64,000 nt of DNA from Trypanosoma brucei. Taxonomy: Eukaryota. A model generated the notes under the pieces. The model was not told the origin of the DNA. It did no database searches and saw nothing but the letters and a program-made list of their open reading frames with translations. The stretch lies in contig CP000068.1 in the NCBI GenBank assembly GCA_000002445.1, positions 736,001 to 800,000 on the forward strand, given 5' to 3'. Position numbers and translations under genes: made by a program. Positions 21,652-34,900 of this stretch are shown here, piece after piece (the first letter of the stretch is position 1; each line of letters begins with the position of its first letter).

Positions 21652-22191
21652 CGCACGGAATATGCAACTGGAGAAGTAGCTATTATTGACGGCATTGCAT
21701 TGTTTTCTTTTTGTTTTTATTATTAACTCAATGTCTTTCCAGGTGCTAACTACGGATTTCATTGGGTTCTGCTGTCCGTTTTCCAAAATTAGGGACTGGT
21801 TGTCAAAGCAAAAAAAAAGGAAAAGAGAAGCGATACCAGGAAGAGCAAAACGATTAACAAACAGGTAAACATGAAAGTGCTAACATGGGGATGGGAAATG
21901 AGAGGTAATTCGTCTCTTTTTTTTTCCTGTTTAAAGGCTTTCAATTTGTCTTTTTTTTTGTGTGTGTGTTTTGATTTTTGGTGCTGACTGTGCGAAACTC
22001 GCACCTATCTGCTTCTCTTTTTCTCAAAAGTCTGTAGATAGATAAACTGGTTTTGAAAATAGAAAAAGGAAAAGAAGAAGGGGAAGAGGAAATTGTAAAG
22101 CAAACAAACAAAGAAACAAAGAAAGGAAGTAGGAGGGAGGGAGGGAGAGAAGAAGAAAAAGTGAGTGAGTGTGACGTGTGTTTAATTTGTT

Positions 22192-23220
22192 ATGCGATCA
22201 CCGAACGGATCTGTAGGGGGCCGCCCCTTCGGTTACTCGCATAATGGACCGGAGCGGGGGGAAGAGGGTGAAGAAATGGAAAATGTCAGTGAGAGAATTG
22301 ACGCCGAGTCGGATTATGGAGATAGTCCCAACAACAGGCGGTTTGGTCCACCACCACCTCCACCACCACCTCCACCTCCATTTGAAAGCAGGGAAGGAAG
22401 TCCGGAATCGACCAACTCGAATGGACGTCAACAGTTGCAAGTTGTGTCTGTTGGTGTATTAAATGTGCAACACGACGTGTCGGGTATGCCGCTGGCGGGG
22501 CGTGATGGGACGCCAAGGTCAGTTCCACAAAGTGAATTAACAAAAAGAAAGATGCAAGGGGAAGCGCAACTGCGGTATGAGTACTACAATCGTCCCAGGC
22601 TTACCGTAACTTCACGGCCTCGTATTGTTGCGGCTCCCATGTTAGACCGTTCCGATTGGAATCAACCACTTTTTACACTGTGCTTTTGCTTATATGGTAA
22701 TGAGAGGCCGGAAGCGCCATTGGATGATGAGTTCAATTCACCAGAAAGTTCCGTAACCCCGCGAAGGAAACATTACCCACATTCTCCGTCCAACTCCGGG
22801 AACTCGTCTATTTTGGGGCATTTCTGCTGGCGTATGTTTTGCTTGCGGTGTAGTGTAGCCGACCAGATGCGTCTCCTTGCAATTGAGGAGGACGAACGCG
22901 GTTATGAACCGCTTAACTTTTGCTGTGAAGGGTTTTTTGGAAGCAGAATGTCGCTACCTCGTGCATTCTGGACAATGTGCATATGTGATATCCTCACTGG
23001 AGGTTCGCCTTGTGGTTGCTTTTATCACGGTTTGGGGACCGCACTTTACGGTTGTCGATTACGTTATCTCGTCCGTTGCCGTTACCGTCTTCAGGGAATT
23101 GTTTTGTCTGACTTCATTCATATGTTATGCTGCCCTTTGCTTAGTGTGGATCAGCAGGGGGCGGAAATGTTAGCTAATGGACTTGTAGAGCCCCGTGAAT
23201 TTGGCAAGTTCATGTTATGA
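22192..23220 (+). CDS. Cys-rich protein with a PLAC8/DUF614-like C-terminal domain and a poly-Pro tract.
   Basis: 'NFCCEGFFG...CICD...CGCFYHG...YGCRLR...LCCPLLSVDQQGAEM' matches the spacing of the PLAC8 CC/C-rich motif ending in a Q-E-like tail. An N-terminal PPPPPPPPPPP run is also present. Confidence 0.45.
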   Translation: MRSPNGSVGGRPFGYSHNGPERGEEGEEMENVSERIDAESDYGDSPNNRRFGPPPPPPPPPPPFESREGSPESTNSNGRQQLQVVSVGVLNVQHDVSGMPLAGRDGTPRSVPQSELTKRKMQGEAQLRYEYYNRPRLTVTSRPRIVAAPMLDRSDWNQPLFTLCFCLYGNERPEAPLDDEFNSPESSVTPRRKHYPHSPSNSGNSSILGHFCWRMFCLRCSVADQMRLLAIEEDERGYEPLNFCCEGFFGSRMSLPRAFWTMCICDILTGGSPCGCFYHGLGTALYGCRLRYLVRCRYRLQGIVLSDFIHMLCCPLLSVDQQGAEMLANGLVEPREFGKFML

Positions 23221-25762
23221 TATGTGAGAAGAGGAGAAAATAAATGAAGGGAAGAAGGAAGAAGGAAAAAAAAAAGCAGGAATGACTATCGTGTTGCGTA
23301 TGTGATTTACAATATGATTGGCGTCTGTATAAACATTCCGTTTTGGTTTTTTTGAATTTGCTGTGTGCATATAAATATAAATATATACATAGAAAAAAAT
23401 ATATATATATTATGATCTAATTTGTCGTCTCTTTTTTTTTTTTGGTTACTTTCTCTCCCTTCCCCGCTCTGATTTCGTCTTCCGTTTTTTTTTCTTCTTT
23501 TGATGCCCTCTTCCGCAGCTATGTTTAGTTTCACGAAGAAGGTTTTTCTAATTTTTTTAAAAAAAAAGTCTCCACAATTTCACCTTCCCCTTTCCACCCT
23601 TTTTTTCCTTTATTTACAAAATGAATTACGCTCGTATTTTTAAATAAACAACGACTTATACGTTAGGTTATTGTTTCGCTCAGAGGGAATGTGTAAGAAT
23701 TGAAATAGATGAAACAATACAACAGGAAAAGGTTTTTTTTTAAAAAAAAGGTCGAAGGGAAGCTCATGAGGTGAATAAATTGAGGTGATCTACTTGCTGT
23801 TGTGTTTATCATGTGGAACGGAGGGGAAAAGAAAAAATCATATATGCTCGGAGGAGCCAAATTTACTAAACTTTACTAATTGTTCCCCTTCTCTCTTTTT
23901 TCCCCCTTGTGTGTGTGTGTGTCTCTGTGTGTTTTTTTTTTACACCAAATCCTTTCTGCTCTTCTTTTCTTTTTTCTTTTTTCTTTTTGTTTTGTTTTGA
24001 ATGCGTGTGCGTGTGTCATCTTCGTTTTGGTTTCTATTTTTGTTTCCACGTTTCCTTTTTTTTTTTCTTCCACTTCCCCCTCTCATTTAGTTGTTATACG
24101 GCAGCTGTTTTCAAATGTCAGTAATTGCACTCATTCACGGGGGAAACGTGGTATAAAATATGTAAAGGTGGATGTTCTGCTGTGATAAATTGTTTTTGCA
24201 GTTTGCAGCGCAAACAAGCAAACAAACAAAACACAAACTTCTTTCTTTCTCTTTCTTTTTCTCTTTCTCTTTCTCTTTTTTTTTTTTTCATCCCTCTTGT
24301 TTCCCTTTTAAAATGTTCCAGCCATTTTTTTTTGCTTTCTTTTTTTTTGGGGGGGTTTTGCTGGGGTTGTTGTCACCACGCAGAGAGCGTGCAGGGGAAA
24401 AACCCGTTGTCCTTTTTTTTTTTTCGTTTGCTTATTGTTTTTTTGTTGTTTATATTATTCTATTTGCATATAGAAGTTATTTTTGGGTACGCGCGTGAAA
24501 TACAACATTTGTTATCATCTTTATTACCGCTACAGACGCTAACGTTATATCGTTGGAGTTAGGGAAGGGATTGGTGGTTGCGGATACGGAAGTAGCATCT
24601 GTTTTCTTTTTCTTTTTTTTATTTATAACAATTGTTATGTGTGTGTGTGTTTTTTTTTTTAAAAAAATAATTTCAATACCTCTCAACTCCCTTTTTTTCC
24701 CTACTCCCCGTCACATACATATATACATACATATGCGCGCACAACGAAATGAGTGCAATTATATAAATAAAAATATCCATCTGTAAGTTCTTTGAAATAT
24801 GATTATATATGAATGAATATGTATGTTTCTTTGTTTGTGCACTGTTCATTTTATATTTTATGTTACCATCGCTATTATTATTGCTATCGTTAATATTCTT
24901 TTTATTTCCTTTTCCCGTTTCCTTTTCTTCTTCTCTTTTTCTCAGCACTTTTTTCTTTTTAGTTGTTGTCGTTGTTGTCGTTTTTCTTCTTTTATTTGTC
25001 TTCTTGGACATTATCTTACATTTCTGAAGGAAATTCCCGTTTGTTGTAGTCGGAGGTCAACACGAAGCGGAGGCGAAAAGTTCAACGCCTCCCTCCCGCC
25101 TTTTAAAAGCAGGCGGTGGGGAACGACACGTGGAAAAAGAAAAAAAAAACAAAGTAAAAAAAGTAAAAAAAGTAAAAATAAAAATAAAGTAAAAGTAAGC
25201 TGAGGGAGAAGCGGTTTACCATAGCATTTAACATATAATAGGTGGAGAGGGAGAGTAATAAAGGTCAAAAGTAAAAACAAAAAAAAAAGAAAAAAAATAT
25301 AAAAACAATAAGATACATATATTTAAAGAGGGAACAGAAGTTGGAGTAAAGCCCTAAAAAACAAAAAAAATAGTGTGGGAAGACAAAAGAGAGGGACAGT
25401 CTTCATCGCACAAGCGGGGTATAAAGTTGTTGTTTTGTTTTTTTTTTTTAGAAAAAAAGGAAATACAAATATATAAGTTAACTCAGTGACTTCCGGCATT
25501 AGAGTAACAAAGATAACAACACTAACACATTCGAAGTGAAGGCACGCGAAGTCTCAAAAACTGTTCGTAACATCAACGGAACTAGCTAACACACAAACGC
25601 ACACAAAAGACAAACATTGTCCAAAGAACACGTTTCTTCATAGAGAACTGTATCAGGTCACGAATCTAAAGAAGAAAAAAACAACGCAAAATATAACTGA
25701 GAAGGTGAAGATTTGGGTGCACGAGCACTTGTTTGAAGTGCACCATCCGAATTGCCTTCCAA

Positions 25763-28723
25763 ATGCATCACGGTCGCAAAGTTCTTGAAGCCCAGAAGAA
25801 ACGCGATACCGCACCTCAACAGGAATACTTTCCGCTTTCTAAGGAGAAAGTGAGACATGATCGGGTCCATCGAGCTGAAGAGGGGAAGCGAGATAGAGAA
25901 AATATCGGTGACATGAACCTCGACGATAGAAGGGAAGATAATAGAGGAAATTGTGTTTCTGGAAGAGATGCTTCTCCGGGATCTTCTTCTCGAAGTAAGG
26001 GCGTTTGCAGTGAATATCAATACGGTGAGCACAAACGGCAGCGATTGTCACCGGAAGGTCATGATTTCAAAGTTTCAGCCACACAGAGCTCACACGGTTC
26101 CACGGATGCCTATTTATCATCGGATCGATCCATAGGGAATCTGCGAAATAAGTCAAGAGCCACAGATGCTTCGATGCGCAACATGGTAGTGGGTACTTCA
26201 CCACTATCAACTGGAAAATATAATATCTCCATGAGGAATAGGGCAACGCGTTCTGCCTTGGCTGATCATGATGGGGAGTTTACTCCAAAGGTTAATGCCC
26301 CTCCAGCCATCGGTTCCAGCGGACAACTGCCGTCGCAAGCGACCGACTTCCATTTACCACTTAAACTATACGATACTATGAAGCCGTCTCCACGTGTTGG
26401 GGTGGGGGAGAAATATCCAATAAAGCCATCCTTTCAGGCTTCGCATGGTTCGCGAGATGCGTATTCGCACGGTCCACAGCTGGGGATGTCAGATATGGCA
26501 CCAGCTGCCCTTAAGCGGTCAAGTGCTCCATCATACGGTGAGGTTTTTTCAGGGGCGCATGTGGCGAGTTTAAGCAGGGGTAGAAAAATGGAAGGAAGAA
26601 ATACGCCGAGGTCAGTCCGATTAGGGGAATGGAGGACTTCCCATTCACGCAGTGGAGACGGTGCTGTTTCCGAACACGCGGAGCGGCGTCATCGTCAGGC
26701 AAATCATCCGTTACAAGACCATCTTTTTGCACCCCGACGCCGTGCTTTGGAAATACCGCCATCCGACCCTTTTTCATTCAGGGGAATTAGTTCTACTGAG
26801 AGCGGCTCGCATTCAAGTAGTCGCACTGGCAACTTCACTCAGCACTCTGAGCAACACGACGGCCGGGTATCCAGCAGCTATACGCAGAGCCCAGAAACAG
26901 GTTTTGAGATGTGGCGTGGTGACAAAACGCCTTACAATGCTTCTCAAAGTGGTTCGCCTGGTTGTGATGCTGGATACGCTCCAGGAAGCACCAATGCCAG
27001 TAGCGCGGTTGAGTCGCACCCTTCGTACCTGGGTTCCCTATCATGGGCCGCGCCGCACGTTTACCAACACCAACAGGAGGTGCCCTGCATTCCACGACCC
27101 CACGTCGAGTACAGTGGCTTTATTAACCCCGAAAATGACTGTTATGCGTGCAGCGTACTGACGCTTTTGTTGCGCAGCCCCTTATTTTGTAGAGCGCTGC
27201 TAGCTTCACCCACTGTAGAGTGTGTGAGGCCCGTAAAATCCGTTAACAATACTGCGGCAACCAGTAGCAGCAGTCTCACAACATCTTACGATCCGACACC
27301 TGCAGGCGTTGACCATGATACAGTTCGTGAGGATCCACCTCCTGTAAGTTTGCATCATGTGTTGAAATACTTTGCTGGTTTGCTTCAGTGTCCACAGGAC
27401 ATAGAAGGGGGAATAGACATGAGACCATTGCGACATTTTTTTAGAGGGAACTTCTTTTCTGGACAGCAAGAAGATGCACACGAATTCTTCCTCGCCGTCA
27501 TTGACAAACTAACTGAGGAGTCTAAAATGTTTCTTAAATCCACGGATGCATCAGGGGGATTTGATAACCCTGCAGTGGAAGAAGGCGAAGCTTCAAAAGA
27601 AATAAGTACTGATGGTCAGGGTACCGCAGCTGAAGGGACACCGCGGTCGTCGGGTAACGAATCAATGCCCCTTTGGATAAATACTTTGATTACGGGACAG
27701 CTTCTGAGCATCATTCGCTGTGGAAATGCGGCGTGTGGGCACGAGATAGCGACGGTCGACCCTTTCATTAACCTCTTAGTTAATATACGTAAAGGAGAGG
27801 AGACAAATGAAACACTTCGGCAAAGTAACCCCAACAGTTCACCTTGTCAAGAAAGCGAGCACTGTGCACCCAATTCCGAACCCGTTGGGTCGCATGGCAG
27901 TCTGCTGTACGCAAGCCCCATTTCTCCCAAACCGTATTACGATGTGCTGTCTCTGCTCACGTACAGCTTCCGTTTTTCAGCTCTCGATTCCTATGTTTGT
28001 GACGCATGTGGATCTTCCAATCAGCAGTTGCAGGGTGGCTGTCTACTGGGGGCTCTGCCACCACTTTTAGTCGTACAAATGAAGCGGTTTGCCACAACGT
28101 ACTCTCCAGAACTGGGTGCTTCTGTGACGAAGGATGTGTCCCCCGTCCTTGTTAATCGAAATATTGTGTTGTACTCTTTGGATGAAGAACATTATAATCG
28201 TGAAGAGAAGACATTGAGGTCGAGTGTGTTGCATGCGGAACAAAAGGCTAAACAACACAGTGAAGGGGAAGCTGTTGATGAATCAGCAACCCATGTGAAG
28301 GCCACTCGATGTTCCTACCGGTTGCAAGGTGTGGTGCGTCATTTGGGGAAATCTCTTTATGGTGGCCACTACACAACGGAGTTCGCGCAGGAACGAGTGG
28401 ATAGAAAAGAAGAAGAGGAAGAAGAAGAAGAGGAGGAGGGGGATGGAAGTACGGATGGAACTAAAGATGGCTGTGGGCACCAAGTCGATGGGGAGCGTAC
28501 CGGAGAAGGCAGCGTTGAACGGGAGAAACATATAAGTTCGGATCAATGCGCAAAAAGGTCTTGGTATATGGCGGATGACGAAAGAGTTTCGGCACTTTCT
28601 GAAGAATATTCAATGAAAGAAGCTTCCCGTTCCTGTACATGCTACTTGCTGTTATACGAGAAGGTGGGGGAGGAAGCCGTTTCATCTCATGTATGGGATA
28701 TACTCCCACGGGGAAGCGAGTGA
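25763..28723 (+). CDS. Ubiquitin carboxyl-terminal hydrolase (USP, peptidase family C19).
   Basis: Cys box 'GFINPENDCYACSVLTLL'. His box 'YRLQGVVRHLGKSLYGGHYTTEF'. C-terminal 'CYLLLYEKV'. A poly-Glu insertion (EEEEEEEEEE) follows the His box. The first ATG in the ORF is at 25763. Confidence 0.85.
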   Translation: MHHGRKVLEAQKKRDTAPQQEYFPLSKEKVRHDRVHRAEEGKRDRENIGDMNLDDRREDNRGNCVSGRDASPGSSSRSKGVCSEYQYGEHKRQRLSPEGHDFKVSATQSSHGSTDAYLSSDRSIGNLRNKSRATDASMRNMVVGTSPLSTGKYNISMRNRATRSALADHDGEFTPKVNAPPAIGSSGQLPSQATDFHLPLKLYDTMKPSPRVGVGEKYPIKPSFQASHGSRDAYSHGPQLGMSDMAPAALKRSSAPSYGEVFSGAHVASLSRGRKMEGRNTPRSVRLGEWRTSHSRSGDGAVSEHAERRHRQANHPLQDHLFAPRRRALEIPPSDPFSFRGISSTESGSHSSSRTGNFTQHSEQHDGRVSSSYTQSPETGFEMWRGDKTPYNASQSGSPGCDAGYAPGSTNASSAVESHPSYLGSLSWAAPHVYQHQQEVPCIPRPHVEYSGFINPENDCYACSVLTLLLRSPLFCRALLASPTVECVRPVKSVNNTAATSSSSLTTSYDPTPAGVDHDTVREDPPPVSLHHVLKYFAGLLQCPQDIEGGIDMRPLRHFFRGNFFSGQQEDAHEFFLAVIDKLTEESKMFLKSTDASGGFDNPAVEEGEASKEISTDGQGTAAEGTPRSSGNESMPLWINTLITGQLLSIIRCGNAACGHEIATVDPFINLLVNIRKGEETNETLRQSNPNSSPCQESEHCAPNSEPVGSHGSLLYASPISPKPYYDVLSLLTYSFRFSALDSYVCDACGSSNQQLQGGCLLGALPPLLVVQMKRFATTYSPELGASVTKDVSPVLVNRNIVLYSLDEEHYNREEKTLRSSVLHAEQKAKQHSEGEAVDESATHVKATRCSYRLQGVVRHLGKSLYGGHYTTEFAQERVDRKEEEEEEEEEEGDGSTDGTKDGCGHQVDGERTGEGSVEREKHISSDQCAKRSWYMADDERVSALSEEYSMKEASRSCTCYLLLYEKVGEEAVSSHVWDILPRGSE

Positions 28724-31485
28724 AGGCTTTCCTCTTCTTTCCCTTTACTCCACTGGTGCATGTATTAATCAAACGTTTAGTAGTGCAATTATGTATGCGT
28801 TTCATATATATATATATATATATATGTACGCATATGCATTTCGCCAAATTTTCACACGCAAATGCATATCTGTTTCACTGCTATGCACAGACGTACATAC
28901 GCACATGCATGCGTATACCACTTTTCGATTACCCTTCCCAACCAACAAGATGTTTGTGAACAAATAAAGTGTGAAGTACATGTAAGTGTATTTCCCTCCT
29001 TTTCAAATTGTGCCACGATATGATGTTGTGTTATAACAAGTGGACGGAAGCTGTTGCGAAGTAAAAAAGGAAAATAAAAACGCATAGAGAAACGGGCGGA
29101 TATGTCCATATTACTGTTTTGGTTTCTTGTTTCTATTTTTCAGTTTCCTCGCGTTGCCTGTTTGTCACTTATTGATGCGGATTACACACACGTGCGTGAG
29201 TTTTGTAACGGACGAAAGGAGCATCAAAGTCGTCACGTGCCTATTCTTTTTTTTGTTTTTTTGTTTTTTTGTTTTGTCTTGTTTCTTTTCCTCTTTTGTT
29301 TTTTCTTTCGTCCTCGTCACCCAATGCATTCAGTTCAAAAACAAAAACAATATGTCATAGAAGGGATGCTAGAAACCTTTGCTGAACCATATTTGTTGAG
29401 ATGTCTGCAGTTTTTATTCCCCCACTGGATGGAAGTGATTGAAAGGGGGGAGCGAAAAAAAAAAATAATATATATATATATATATCACCTTCACCTTCCC
29501 GCACGATGTTGCTGATTTACAGTATGCATACAATCACTCGTATATATGTTTGAATAAATATATGTCTCGGTACGTATTCATTTGTGTGTGTGTGTGTGTT
29601 TTTTTTTTTTTTAAATTAAAAATTTGCTTACCCCCGTAGTGGTGTACTTTTTGTTGTTGTCGTTCTCCCTTTTTTTCTTTTTTTTATTTTTACTTTTTTC
29701 TCTTGCTTCTCGAATGCTCATTTTCTTTTCCTTTGTGCACGTGAGTTTTAACGAAGAAGGAATTGTACGGCACTTTACAATTACGAAAAAAAAAGAAGGT
29801 GTACGAAAGATGAGGGAAAGAAAACACACATACACACACAGACAAAATATTCTTTGTTTTTTTTTTAAAAAAAAGAACGGAAACTTAAAGGATGGGGTAT
29901 TGTGTTGTGTTGTGTTGGGTCGGGTCGGGGAGGTATAGGATAAAAACAACAATAACACAAATAGCGACAGTCGGTGCTTATATTAATGATGACATTAGTA
30001 ACAATTGTGGTAATAAAGGTAACAGCACCATGGTAATAAGAATAAATTTAAAAAAAATTGTATTGATTTCGAAAAGCAATGTTGTGAATCTGAGGGAAGT
30101 AAAGAAATAAACAGAAGGGATAAATGTGCTGCGTTAAAAAATTTTTCGTTTGTACATATTCAACACAACATTAGCGAGTATCGCAGCTGTTTTTCTTTCT
30201 TTTTTTCCCCCTCTTCCGTTTTTGTTATTTTCCATGATTTTATTGCTTTCCTCGCGACTCAATAACAATTTAGTCTTTGTGTTTGCGAAAGAGAAAGATG
30301 TGTAATGATACTTTTTTTTTTTTTTGGTTCTTTCTTAAAAGTAAATGGGTGAAGGTTTAGCGTGGTTGTGGAAGTGAGGCGAAGGAAAAAGGAATCCTCG
30401 CGGTACAGGTTATTATTGTTACTCTCTTTTACTTATTATGCTTATATATATATTCGGTTTTGTGAATGTGTGTATACGTTGGTCATGTTATTGTTATTAT
30501 TGTGATGGTGTGATGAAAAGAATTTATGAAGAAATGAAGGAAAATTTCTCAAAGTAATAGTAACAGAAATATAACAGCAAAAACAAAAAAAAACAACAAC
30601 AACAGTAACAATAGCTCCAAGAGAAAGGAGACAGATGAAAGGACGTTTCTGACATTTTTTACTGAGGTGATTATTACGTGGCGAACGAAAATACCGTTTG
30701 GGTTCTTTTCTTTTTTCATTTTTTTTATTTTACACTTTTTGTGTGATTTGTTCAATCATGGACGGTGCGCGTAAAGGGGTGAGGAACAAAAACCAAAAAA
30801 AAAAAGAAAAGAAATAAGAAACTTCGTAAAGTATATTATTTGTATTTATAACTTTCTTTTTTTTCTCTTCTTACAAAGCTCCCTTTTTTGAGAGATAAGC
30901 ATAGATGCTTAAACAAGTGCACACAAGTAATATCTTTCCCGTTTGCTAATGGGCATGCCAATATTTTATAATTTTTCAGCTTTCTGTATTACATTTTGTT
31001 CTGCCGTCGTTATCTTTTTAAAAATTTTTTTTGCTTTACATAATCTTTTTTTTTTTAAGTGTTATACATTTGCTTCTCCCCTTTCTCTTATTCTTCTTCC
31101 TCTACTTTTTCCTTACATTTATTATTTAAATTTATTTCACTCTCTCTGTGAACATATATATATATATATATATATAATTAACAAAAGGAAGGGGCATAAA
31201 GTTCTTAGGAATCCGCCGTCTGCTCTCGTGTTTGAGCGGCGTGCAGGGGGGAAATAGTTACGATTGCTTCAAAGGAGGAGGGCAGGTGGAAAAAATAGGT
31301 GTGTGACAATTGGTGGCGCTGGAAGAGAGGAAACACCTCATTTCCGATACATATACAAATATATATATATATATATTTGTATAAGTAAGCGGCCATCCGA
31401 GTCACCAAGTTATTCAACAAGGAAATAAAAGTAAAGGAAAATCGCCAAAAGAAAAGAAGGAAAGAGGTAATACGACACAAAAGCA

Positions 31486-31486
<1 letters not shown>

Positions 31487-31523
<37 letters not shown>

Positions 31524-31544
31524 ACACACACACACACACACACA
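31487..31544. repeat. (CA)n microsatellite of ~29 units with one GA interruption.
   Basis: CACACA... run; on the other strand it reads (TG)n. Confidence 0.9.
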
Positions 31545-31703
31545 AAGGAAACAAGTTAAAGGAAGAGTGAGTAAACACGTGGGTAGAGGGAACGTGAAAG
31601 GAAGTGAAAGAGGCGCTAACTGTATCACAGGAAAGGGAACAAAAAGAAGAAAAAGAAAAGAGAAAGAAGGAAAAGGTAGATAGTTGGAGCGAACGGAAGT
31701 ACA

Positions 31704-31751
31704 TTTTTTTGTTTTTCTTCACTTTCTCTCAGTCTTTGTTTTTTTTTCTAG
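31704..31751 (+). promoter_or_regulatory. Polypyrimidine tract followed by AG. This is a candidate trans-splice acceptor region for the kinesin gene.
   Basis: A ~45-nt T/C-rich run ending in ...tttctAG, about 180 nt upstream of the ATG at 31934. Confidence 0.3.
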
Positions 31752-31933
31752 AGACCCTGCTTAGTTGTTTGTTAGTGCGTGCAGTTGTGTGATTTGAGGA
31801 AGAATAGTATATATTACTGTGCGGAAGGCAACTGTTTCAAGGCAGTTGCGACCGCACTGTTAAAGTCAACAAAAGGAATTTGTGACGAATTTAAACAGAG
31901 GTGAAGGATAGAAACAAAAGAAAAACAATTGCA

Positions 31934-34900
31934 ATGAGCAAAGCTGCGGTTTCACGTCCACGCGTGTATGTTCGGATTCGGCCCCTAAATGAACGGGAAA
32001 AACGGGAAGGGAATGGCGAACTTATTTGTCACGGTGACCAGCGTATGCGTGACACACTTTTTGTTAGAAAAGACGAAAGTGGTGCTGAGTTGCAAACGCG
32101 TTTCGATTGTGTGTTCGACCGCGACGCAACGCAGGCAAATATATTTGATACAATTGGGCCAGAAGTGCTCAACACACTCTTCAGTGGTTATAATGCCTCA
32201 ATATTTGCATACGGCCAAACGGGAAGTGGGAAAACATATACCATGGAGGGGGATCACAGTAAACCGGAGCGCCTTGGAGTCACCCCACGGCTGGTACGCG
32301 CTATATTTGAGCGGTTCAAGGGAAACCCAGATATTAGTCGGCCCGTATGTGAGGTGAGTTTGGTTCAAATATACCAGGAGAAAATACAGGATCTGCTAGC
32401 AGGGCAGAAGCAGCTGGAAATACACATGGATCGTACAGGGCAGTATATAGCACGTGACGCTACGTGGACACGTGTCCGTAGTTTAGAAGAGAGCATGAAA
32501 CTGTACAAAAAGGCTTCGGAGATGAGGACGACATCATCAACAGATATGAATCTTGTCTCATCCAGAAGTCACATGATCATGATGATGAAGCTCCAGTGGG
32601 ATGAGCCGTCACTGCCGGGTTCCCACGCACAGCTGAACCTTGTTGATCTTGCGGGGTCAGAGCGTATAGCACTTTCCGGTGCCACTGGGGATCTCATGAA
32701 GGAGGCTATACATATTAATAAATCTCTCAGTGCACTTGGGAATGTTGTGTCTAAACTGGTAGAGCAAGCCAAGCATAAGGGTCGTCGTGTCCATATTCCA
32801 TATAAGGACAGTAAACTTACATACTTGTTGCAGTCCAGTATAGGTGGATCAAACCTCATTCATTTCATACTGGCGGTTTCATGCAGTGCGCTCTGGCGTT
32901 CAGAAACCAACTCAACGATTGAATTTGGCAAGAGAGCGCTGCAACTAGTGTTGCGGCCGGTACGAAATGCTATTGATTACACGCGCTTGGCCGAGATGGA
33001 GGAAATGATTGAGCGTATGCGGTCTCACATTGCCAGTTTGGAGGAAGCCCTGCGTGACAAGAGTAGTGAGGCCGCGGAGTTCCTTAAATTAAAACAAATT
33101 CCTCAAGATGGCGATGAAGGGCCCGGGAAGTTCAGTGACAGTAGAGGTCGGAGACAACGAAAGAAGCTCAAGATGCAGACGGAACTGGCACGTATTATGG
33201 CGAATTTGCCCGAGACGTTTGATGACCTCACTTCTCACTGCGTTTTATTCCCTGAGTCGAAGGGAAGTTTTCGTGAGTTGGGGGGTTTGCAGCACCTCGT
33301 TCATTTCGTTGATCGCTCCGCCTCGACGTTTTACCGCTCCAACGCCGCGCAGACGATCGCAAGTGTCTTAGATGACAAGGGACGTGACATGTTTGTAGAA
33401 ATTGATGGTGTTGAGGCATTAACACGGCTCTTGCATATAAAGGAGGAGCGCTGTAAAGAGGCTGCTTGCGTAGCACTGGAGGCGGTATGCCGTGGTTCGT
33501 TGAAGAATAAACAAAGCCTCTCCCCAGCTGTTTACACAGAACTGGTCGACTTAATATACAGTTACCCGAATCAGCAGGTTCAAGAGGCAGCCTGTACCGC
33601 TGTCGCTACCATTGTCGACCTGTACCCGGAGGCACGCCGCACATTTGAGCGACTTGATATCGTTCCGAAACTACTTGAAACAATTCGGAACACGCCGGAG
33701 GAGGTGGTAAATCTTATAAAGTCTGCAACTAACTGTATTGGTCGCCTGTCCCATGGAGACCCCGAAATGCAGGATGTGATAGCGTCTTTCGGAGGTATTG
33801 ACCTACTTATTGATGTCTTATTCAGTAACGCAGGGACGCGCGATCATCAGGTACCCATACTCGCCTCTTACGCACTCGTGAATCTGTGCTGCAGCAATGA
33901 GCAAAATCTCGATATCGCACAGGACCATCCACGTTACGGTGAGGTTAAATTCCGTCTTCTGGAGGGTCTCGCAAGAGCATTTGGTGTTAACACGGCACGT
34001 GAAGGATTTGGTCGAGCGACAGCGCATGAAACGGGTTCACCGTTCCCGTACTATGGTGTGACAATTGTGGACAAATGGTCATTCACTTCATCTGGTGGCC
34101 GGCCGATCTTTTCTACCTTCATGGATAACCCACAGTTTTATCTCTATGTGAGCAGACCCACTGACGTCGCGTTTATGATTCAGGACGTTTTGTATGAAAC
34201 TCGTATGCTCAAAAAGAAGAAGAATAATACGGTTTATATGGGGCTTGCCCTCTTTGAAGGAGATCCCGAACTCGCCAAAGCGGGACTGAAGCAGGTAGAT
34301 TTCCACGGCCGCATGGTTGAAATTGGAAAATACACATCAAATTGTGAAAACGTCCTCCACTGCACCTTGCAGCCAAGTGAAGTACCGTACGTTGTCGTTC
34401 CCTTCACAAGCCAGCGAGGACGCCAAACAGAATTCGCACTATCCGCATTTGCAGATAGTTCCATTGAATTAACTGCAGTTCCTGAGCAGGTAGGCTGGGT
34501 CCGCACGGTGTTAGATGGTTGTTGGACAGAATTCACTGGCCGCGGTGGTGATGGATTCGATTGGCGATGCAACCCGCAAATTTCTATTCAACCGAAAGAA
34601 AACTGCCGCTGCGTGTTTGTGCTTTCGTACCTCTCACTTGATCAGCAGCGGGCCTATTCACGTGACGAGGAGGCGGAGGAGCAAAATACACGCCCCAGAT
34701 TGTACGGCCGGCTTTTCACTAACAGTAACGGTGAGAAACGGTACCTAAAGGCACTTGTTCCTCTCCCGCAGAAGTCCACATTTGTTGCTAGCAACAGTTT
34801 TGCAAGCAACAGCTATATCACAACTTCGGCTAACCTCACAGCCGGTGAATCATACACTTACATACCCTTCACAGAAACGCCTTACGAGGACACGTGGCGC

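Noticed and set aside
26652-27161. 169-aa + strand ORF in another frame within the USP gene; also 38541-38969 (-) inside the NSUN gene.
   Set aside because: Both overlap well-supported catalytic-domain coding sequence and are out of frame or antisense. They are spurious.
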